From Alteromonas naphthalenivorans (GTDB lineage Bacteria > Babelota > Babeliae > Babelales > CAIQNR01): DNA of 12,681 nucleotides. The notes beneath the pieces were generated by a model. The model worked only from the letters and a program-made list of their open reading frames with translations, did not search any database and had not been told where the DNA came from. Location: contig JBLICC010000025.1 of NCBI GenBank assembly GCA_047631715.1, positions 1-12,681 of the forward strand, given 5' to 3'. A program made the translations under genes and the position numbers. Positions 8,195 through 12,681 of the stretch are shown here, one piece after another. Position 1 is the first letter of the stretch, and the number at the start of each line of letters is the position of its first letter.

Positions 8195-8502
8195 GGTATC
8201 TCCTTATTCGAAAAATCTTGCATGAATTACTTGCCTTTAAGCGTTACCTATTTTGCATGCTAAAGAAAACCTTTTTTTTTTCAAAGCTACAATCACTCTT
8301 CGTAGTCAACTTCCCAGTTGTTAATTTCTTCATCAGAAACAGTGAGTTGATTGTCATTTACCATGGTATCTCCTTGTTCAAAAAAAATCCTGCATAGTTA
8401 CTTATCTTTTAGCGTTACCTATTTTACGCACCAAAGAAAACCTTTTTAAAAAAAAGACTACAATTGTTCTTCGTAGTCGATCTCCCAATTATCAGTTTCT
8501 TC
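8165..8502. repeat. Diverged tandem duplication (copy 1 8165-8331, copy 2 8335-8502)
   Basis: Both copies start AGAAACAGTGAGTTGATTGTC, share ACCATGGTATCTCCTT, AGCGTTACCTATTTT and AAAGAAAACCTTTTT, and end CTACAAT...TCTTCGTAGTC...TCCCA...TTTCTTC. Roughly 80% identical by eye. Confidence 0.95.
8293..8364 (-). CDS. Chimeric 23-aa mini-ORF MVNDNQLTVSDEEINNWEVDYEE (small protein or duplication remnant)
   Basis: ATG at 8364 with SD AAGGAG and TGA at 8295-8293. The first 10 codons copy the start of the 147-aa gene; the last 12 copy the HspR-like C-terminus (EETDNWEIDYEE). Confidence 0.4.
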   Translation of the reverse strand: MVNDNQLTVSDEEINNWEVDYEE

Positions 8503-8892
8503 TGATGGTGTTAATTCAGTAAGCTCTTCTTTTTTAAGTTTAGCAAGAGTTTGTGATGTTAATTTTATATTGCTTTTATGAGAAAATTCTTGTTGTCGTA
8601 AATCTTGTTTTGTCTCTTCAAAGATATTATTCATATCTTTTTGCATTTTCTTAATCTGTCTTTGCAATTTAAGAATCATCTGAACACCCGCTAAATTAAT
8701 ACCTAATTTGTGAGTAAGGTAAATAACTTCTTCAAGTTTATTTACATCTTCTTCAGAAAAAAGACGTGTGTTTCCCTCAGAGCGTTTAGGCTGTATAAGG
8801 CCCTCACGTTCGTACAAACGAATAGTTTGCTGATGCACAGAAAACATTTCTGCCACCGCTGATATAGAAAAAAAGGCTTTTCTTCGTTTCAT
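8458..8892 (-). CDS. hspR: MerR-family HTH regulator, HspR-like
   Basis: FSISAVAEMFSVHQQTIRLYEREGLIQPKRSEGNTRLFS...LTHKLGINLAGVQMIL matches the HspR subfamily pattern, followed by a coiled coil. Start is either ATG 8892 (AGGA upstream) or ATG 8928 (GAGG upstream); the track's 8988 start is unlikely. Confidence 0.85.
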   Translation of the reverse strand: MKRRKAFFSISAVAEMFSVHQQTIRLYEREGLIQPKRSEGNTRLFSEEDVNKLEEVIYLTHKLGINLAGVQMILKLQRQIKKMQKDMNNIFEETKQDLRQQEFSHKSNIKLTSQTLAKLKKEELTELTPSEETDNWEIDYEEQL

Positions 8893-8958
8893 TTTTTTTC
8901 CTGCAAGTAGTTCCGAATCACGTTCCATTCTACTTATCCTCTTAGTATAATCTTCTCT

Positions 8959-8991
8959 TTTGACAAAGTGTATCACAAAACTTTTCACAAA
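8959..8991 (-). promoter_or_regulatory. Candidate hspR promoter/operator: extended -10 plus three heptad repeats
   Basis: Minus-strand TG-A-TACACT at 8975-8967. Plus-strand T(G/C)ACAAA at 8961, 8973 and 8985 (12-bp period). Confidence 0.35.
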
Positions 8992-9058
8992 TCATGTCCA
9001 ATATGATAGATATAAAAGGGTTTTGAGGGATTGTTGATACTAAATAAAGGAGTCATGT

Positions 9059-9697
9059 GTGATGAAGATAAGCACAATTATATTACTTTCGAGCTTAACG
9101 AGCATAACCATTCAGGCAAAAATGGTACGCACGGTGGTGGTAGAATTAGTAGAAGAAAAGATTAATGGGCAAACATTTGTTTATCGTTTAGATGTAGTGG
9201 ATGGGCGCAAAAAAGAACAATGGAGTATCGATAGCCGGCCTATTGAACATGCTGATTACGATCGTAAAATATTAGAGGCTGAGCTTAAAGAGCGTAGTTT
9301 GGAACGAGAACAAGCCTATCAAAAGCGCGTAAGATTAGCTGAGTTTAAAAGTAATGCTGCTTCTTTAGTAACCAAAAAGCTTCTGGTAACTACTCTGCAA
9401 GAAATAGAACAGGGTATTAGTCAATTTGCTCGTCATGAGCTTACTTCTTATATCGCTTACAGCCCTCATACTTTTGCAGACGAGGTTGATTTTGCCACAC
9501 TTAGAGATCACACGCTTGGCGAGGTTCGTCAGGTCTTAGAATCGGATTTTGACCCAGAACAGGCAAAAGAAAAATTATATCAGATTCAAGCTTATCCAAA
9601 AAAGATCGCAAGCTTATTTGAAGGTACCGTTCAAAATGCCATAAATAATTGCGATGAGCCTAAAAAGCTTAAGCAGTGGCTCCAAATGCTATCATAG
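9059..9697 (+). CDS. Hypothetical exported protein (212 aa)
   Basis: SD AAGGAG (9047-9052), start GTG 9059 or ATG 9062, signal peptide MKISTIILLSSLTSITIQA, central coiled-coil-like segment. Confidence 0.85.
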   Translation: MMKISTIILLSSLTSITIQAKMVRTVVVELVEEKINGQTFVYRLDVVDGRKKEQWSIDSRPIEHADYDRKILEAELKERSLEREQAYQKRVRLAEFKSNAASLVTKKLLVTTLQEIEQGISQFARHELTSYIAYSPHTFADEVDFATLRDHTLGEVRQVLESDFDPEQAKEKLYQIQAYPKKIASLFEGTVQNAINNCDEPKKLKQWLQMLS

Positions 9698-9700
9698 CCA

Positions 9701-9728
9701 TTGCTATTTGTAATTTTTTATATATAAT
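9701..9728 (+). promoter_or_regulatory. Candidate sigma70 promoter for the 9823/10486 gene pair
   Basis: TTGCTA (9701-9706), 16-nt spacer, TATAAT (9723-9728). Confidence 0.5.
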
Positions 9729-9754
9729 AAGATTTGTTAAATAAATGGAATAAT

Positions 9755-9803
9755 TGTCTGGTGCTCAAAAATGGCCGTACCAGGCATAGCTCTTTTGGAG
9801 AGC
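9755..9803 (+). other. Two-hairpin structured leader upstream of gene 9823
   Basis: TGTCTGGTGC (9755-9764)/GTACCAGGCA (9777-9786) form a 10-bp stem with two G-U pairs. A second hairpin GCTCT-TTTGG-AGAGC spans 9789-9803. GC-richer than its flanks. Confidence 0.5.
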
Positions 9804-9822
9804 GTAGACTGGAGGTTTTATA

Positions 9823-10464
9823 ATGAAGAAAAATATTTTAGGTCTTATCGTATGTGGTTTGCTAGCAGGTGCACATACTTCTATACAAACAGGTAGTTCT
9901 GAAACAAGTGCTTCTCGTTGGGTTTTGCCAGCAGTTGTAGTTGGTGCGTGGGTATTTTATACATGGAATAAATATAAAAACACACCACAATCACAGCCAG
10001 TACTGCAACCATCAACAGAACAGTCAGCATTAAAGCAACCAACACTACAGCCAGTAAAAATAGATCCTAAAGAAGACTTTGCAGCAGTAGATAGGGCTTT
10101 GCAGAAAATTAATGCAAATTCGTATGAACAAGCTATAAAAGAAGTACAAGAAAATATTAATCAATTAGAAGATAAATGGCAGAAAGAAAAGGATTCTGAA
10201 AAAAGAAAAAGAATTGATGCTGATCGAGATAAACTAGAAGAAAAACTTGTAGAATTACAGAGTGATAAAAAGATCTGGAAAGCGAGAATGAATTTAGTGA
10301 AATCAGCAAAAGAATCTGCAGTGCATGCTGGAGAAAAATGGCAAGTAGAAAAAAATGAGATTCGAAAAGTAGGATTAAAGAAGACTTTTAATGATCGTAT
10401 GAAAGAATATGAAAAATATAAAAAAGAATATGATGAAGCATATGCAAAATTGTATTTAAAATAA
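9823..10464 (+). CDS. Hypothetical exported, membrane-anchored coiled-coil protein (213 aa)
   Basis: SD GGAGG, signal peptide MKKNILGLIVCGLLAGA, second hydrophobic helix WVLPAVVVGAWVFYTW, Gln/Pro linker, then a K/E-rich coiled coil. Confidence 0.88.
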   Translation: MKKNILGLIVCGLLAGAHTSIQTGSSETSASRWVLPAVVVGAWVFYTWNKYKNTPQSQPVLQPSTEQSALKQPTLQPVKIDPKEDFAAVDRALQKINANSYEQAIKEVQENINQLEDKWQKEKDSEKRKRIDADRDKLEEKLVELQSDKKIWKARMNLVKSAKESAVHAGEKWQVEKNEIRKVGLKKTFNDRMKEYEKYKKEYDEAYAKLYLK

Positions 10465-10485
10465 GTAAAAACTGGAGGTTTTATA

Positions 10486-11514
10486 ATGAAAAAAAATATT
10501 TTAGGCCTTATGATAGGTACTCTTTTATTGAGTGCAAATACAGTAAAAGCAAGTAACACTCAAAACTTATTTTGGGCTTTAGGTGCCGTTACTCTTGGTT
10601 ATGTATGGTATAATCATGGTGATTTTTTATTAAAAAAACCTGTAATTGATCAAGAGCATGAAGATAGATTAAGTAATATTAACCAACGTCTTAAAAAACT
10701 TAAAAATAAATTTGATATAAGTTTACAATCAAAAGCACCAACTTTAGATGTTCATCTTGAGCAACTATCAGTTACTCAGCAGGGTAGAAATAATGATGGT
10801 GGCGCAAGTTGTGGTTATCATTCGCTTAAAAATGCCATTGGTGTTTTAACGAACAATCGAGATATTTTAAATAATATTACATTTGTTAAAGATCAATTTA
10901 GTTTGAGCCCTGGATCATGGCGTAAAATTATACAACAAAAGCAACATGATAATGGTGAATGGATCGAAACTGAACATTTGGATATGCTTATTGGAAGCGA
11001 ATTTAAAAAGCGTAATATAAATGCAGGTTTTTCTCTTATTAACAATAGGGGACAAGCAATTAATGAGGCACATGTAGGAACAGATATGTTTGCTGTGTTG
11101 CGCACATTACAACCAAAAGATACGTATAGACATGCTTTTTTTGTTAATACAGGAACAGGGTATACGGTTGGTCAACGTGCACATTGGTTTATAGTTGTTA
11201 TGGAAAAGAAAATTAACGAACCAACTATGTATAAAGTTATGGATTCTTTGGGATACGATAGAACCAAGGATCAGACTGTTTGGACTATTATACAGCAAGT
11301 TCATGGTTGTAAGGTTGCTGTACCTAAGGCATCAGCAGATAAAAAAGCCAGTACAAAGAAATTGTTTTTTGATACAGCACAATCATGTGCAGGTGCTAAT
11401 GGATCTCAAAAAGAACAACTTACTCAGCAATTGCTTGAGTTGTTTAGCATGTTGAAACAAGAAAATTTAGTTGATGATACAGTTAATGCAACATTGCAAT
11501 CTGTTCTTGGATAA
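10486..11514 (+). CDS. Exported, membrane-anchored papain-fold cysteine protease-like protein (Josephin-like motif order)
   Basis: Signal peptide, TM helix LFWALGAVTLGYVWY, short coiled coil, then Q99...SC109GYHSLKN...FFVN...AH233WF...VMD253SL. The CDS is secure; the function is inferred from motifs. Confidence 0.7.
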   Translation: MKKNILGLMIGTLLLSANTVKASNTQNLFWALGAVTLGYVWYNHGDFLLKKPVIDQEHEDRLSNINQRLKKLKNKFDISLQSKAPTLDVHLEQLSVTQQGRNNDGGASCGYHSLKNAIGVLTNNRDILNNITFVKDQFSLSPGSWRKIIQQKQHDNGEWIETEHLDMLIGSEFKKRNINAGFSLINNRGQAINEAHVGTDMFAVLRTLQPKDTYRHAFFVNTGTGYTVGQRAHWFIVVMEKKINEPTMYKVMDSLGYDRTKDQTVWTIIQQVHGCKVAVPKASADKKASTKKLFFDTAQSCAGANGSQKEQLTQQLLELFSMLKQENLVDDTVNATLQSVLG

Positions 11515-11526
11515 GTTTATTAAGAC

Positions 11527-11802
11527 TCCCTCGATACAGTTTTGCACTTTGTTTAAAACCACTCGGGATGAACCCTTCGATACAATTCTTAACAGAATCA
11601 CTCAGGATATACTTTATACTTTATTACTTATAAAAATTCGAGTCATCCTGAGTGATTTTTGAGTATTAACGAAAAAATTGTATCGAAGGATAGTAAAGAA
11701 CGAGTTGCATACATTCGATACAAATACTCATGTTATTCGTATTCACTCAGTATGACTCGTTTAGTTCATCCCGAGTGGTTTCGTAGAAATTGTATCGAGG
11801 GA
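11527..11802. repeat. Nested cluster of five REP-like units, cluster 2
   Basis: A 11527-11573 (+), B 11574-11608 (+), B' 11642-11689 (-), C ~11708-11759 (+), A' 11764-11802 (-). All contain TCGATACA-[hairpin]-CACTC on one strand, and A/A' are perfect inverted partners in their conserved blocks. Confidence 0.92.
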
Positions 11803-11913
11803 CCCTTAGAGTATTGTCTCTTAAGGTTCTGTTCCTCCCTAATATTTGTAAAACACAAACATCTTATAGTAGTATTTTTTGGATCATTAATATTTTTATT
11901 ATAAGGGACGATA

Positions 11914-12273
11914 ATGAATATAAAATACGTATTATTACTGATAATGGTTTCTTGCAATGCAGTAGATCGTGTGCGTGATCTTTCTCAGCCAAATAGAGTG
12001 CATCCTATTATAACGCGATGTATAAATAAAGAGGGTAATCAAGTAGTATCACTTACTTTAAGAATAGGTCATAAATTGTTTCCTATCGCACAAGTTGTAT
12101 TTTTCCCTGGCATACTTGCTGAAGTTGACAGAAGTATGAACGGCGTAAAACTAACACATCCTGCTCTAAAATATAACAAACAATTAATGCGATTTTTGTG
12201 TAAAGAAGATGACGAAATTATGAATTTGGTTAATGGTGATCTAGAAGTATTAAAAAGAAATTTGGGTTTTTAG
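11914..12273 (+). CDS. Hypothetical small exported protein or lipoprotein (119 aa)
   Basis: SD-like AAGGGA upstream. N-terminus MNIKYVLLLIMVSCNA (basic, hydrophobic, Cys). Confidence 0.7.
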   Translation: MNIKYVLLLIMVSCNAVDRVRDLSQPNRVHPIITRCINKEGNQVVSLTLRIGHKLFPIAQVVFFPGILAEVDRSMNGVKLTHPALKYNKQLMRFLCKEDDEIMNLVNGDLEVLKRNLGF

Positions 12274-12297
12274 GGGAAATATAAGAAAGAGATAAGT

Positions 12298-12621
12298 ATG
12301 ATTAAGCAGCGATATGTTTTTTATTGTATGTTTCTTGTTGTTTGTAATCTCTTTTCTGGTAGCGTTTTTAGTAGAAAAGAAGAAGTAATAGAGAAAGCCA
12401 TTATTACTGTTCTTCCTGACCCAGATCATAACAATAAAATAAATTATCATTATAAGCATGGTTTGTATTATATACTTGTTGGTACCGTAACATCTTTTGC
12501 AACAGGAAAAGATCAACGAGAGATTGCAGTGCCTCAAGAGTTATTTGAGTCTTTTCCTATTGAACATCAATTGGCAGTATTGCAAACATTAAATCTTATG
12601 AATTCTCAACAAACTGTGTGA
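12298..12621 (+). CDS. Hypothetical small exported protein (107 aa)
   Basis: Co-oriented, 24 nt after the previous stop, with signal-peptide-like MIKQRYVFYCMFLVVCNLFSG. Confidence 0.65.
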   Translation: MIKQRYVFYCMFLVVCNLFSGSVFSRKEEVIEKAIITVLPDPDHNNKINYHYKHGLYYILVGTVTSFATGKDQREIAVPQELFESFPIEHQLAVLQTLNLMNSQQTV

Positions 12622-12681
12622 TTGTAATAACCTAACAGCATGATACAATGCAAAGCATAATACATTATACATACTCTATTT

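Noticed and set aside
8287..8295. TGA recoding (genetic code 4/25 or selenocysteine) suggested by TGA-TTG-TAG at the end of the mini-ORF
   Set aside because: TGA terminates rsmH at its expected C-terminus and also ends the first gene, and the long genes contain no in-frame TGA. A CAA-to-TGA mutation is the simpler explanation.
9991..10056. QPVLQPST/QPTLQPVK internal repeat in the 213-aa protein
   Set aside because: A short low-complexity linker duplication with no further structure.
11527..11802. CRISPR array interpretation of the repeat cluster
   Set aside because: The units occur in both orientations, are irregularly spaced and nested, the variable parts are self-complementary hairpins rather than spacers, and no cas gene is present.
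11527..11802. Integron attC cassette array interpretation
   Set aside because: I see no consistent RYYYAAC/GTTRRRY core pair bounding single units after each ORF, the same element follows core ftsK, and no integrase is in the window.
11471..11978. Short ORFs 11471-11662, 11659-11904, 11766-11957 and 11790-11978
   Set aside because: They run through the palindromic repeats, lack convincing RBSs and overlap better-supported genes.
10161..12537. ORFs 10161-10559, 10893-11105, 11107-11304, 11195-11455 and 12250-12537
   Set aside because: Shadow ORFs overlapping the better-supported plus-strand exported-protein genes.

Overview
AT-rich bacterial chromosomal window. The gene content and the many orphan genes with MKKxI-type signal peptides suggest a host-associated lineage such as Candidatus Dependentiae/Babelota (TM6); this is an inference only. 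The left two-thirds is mostly housekeeping: 3' end of a probable uppP, ftsK, an orphan secreted/membrane gene, murF, rsmH, spoVG, tRNA-Gln(UUG), maf, a hypothetical gene and an HspR-like MerR regulator. The right third is a run of orphan exported proteins. Four things stand out. (1) A REP/REPIN-like palindrome family of seven units in two intergenic clusters, with an invariant scaffold, covarying stems, tandem G.A motifs and variable internal hairpins; one cluster is nested. (2) A diverged ~170-bp tandem duplication that creates an in-frame 23-aa chimeric ORF with its own Shine-Dalgarno and the HspR C-terminal tail. (3) A signal-peptide, membrane-anchored papain-fold protein with a Josephin-like Q/C/H/D motif set, a candidate deubiquitinase-type effector. 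(4) That gene shares a near-identical RBS and signal-peptide start with its otherwise unrelated neighbour. No CRISPR array, transposase or integrase is visible.
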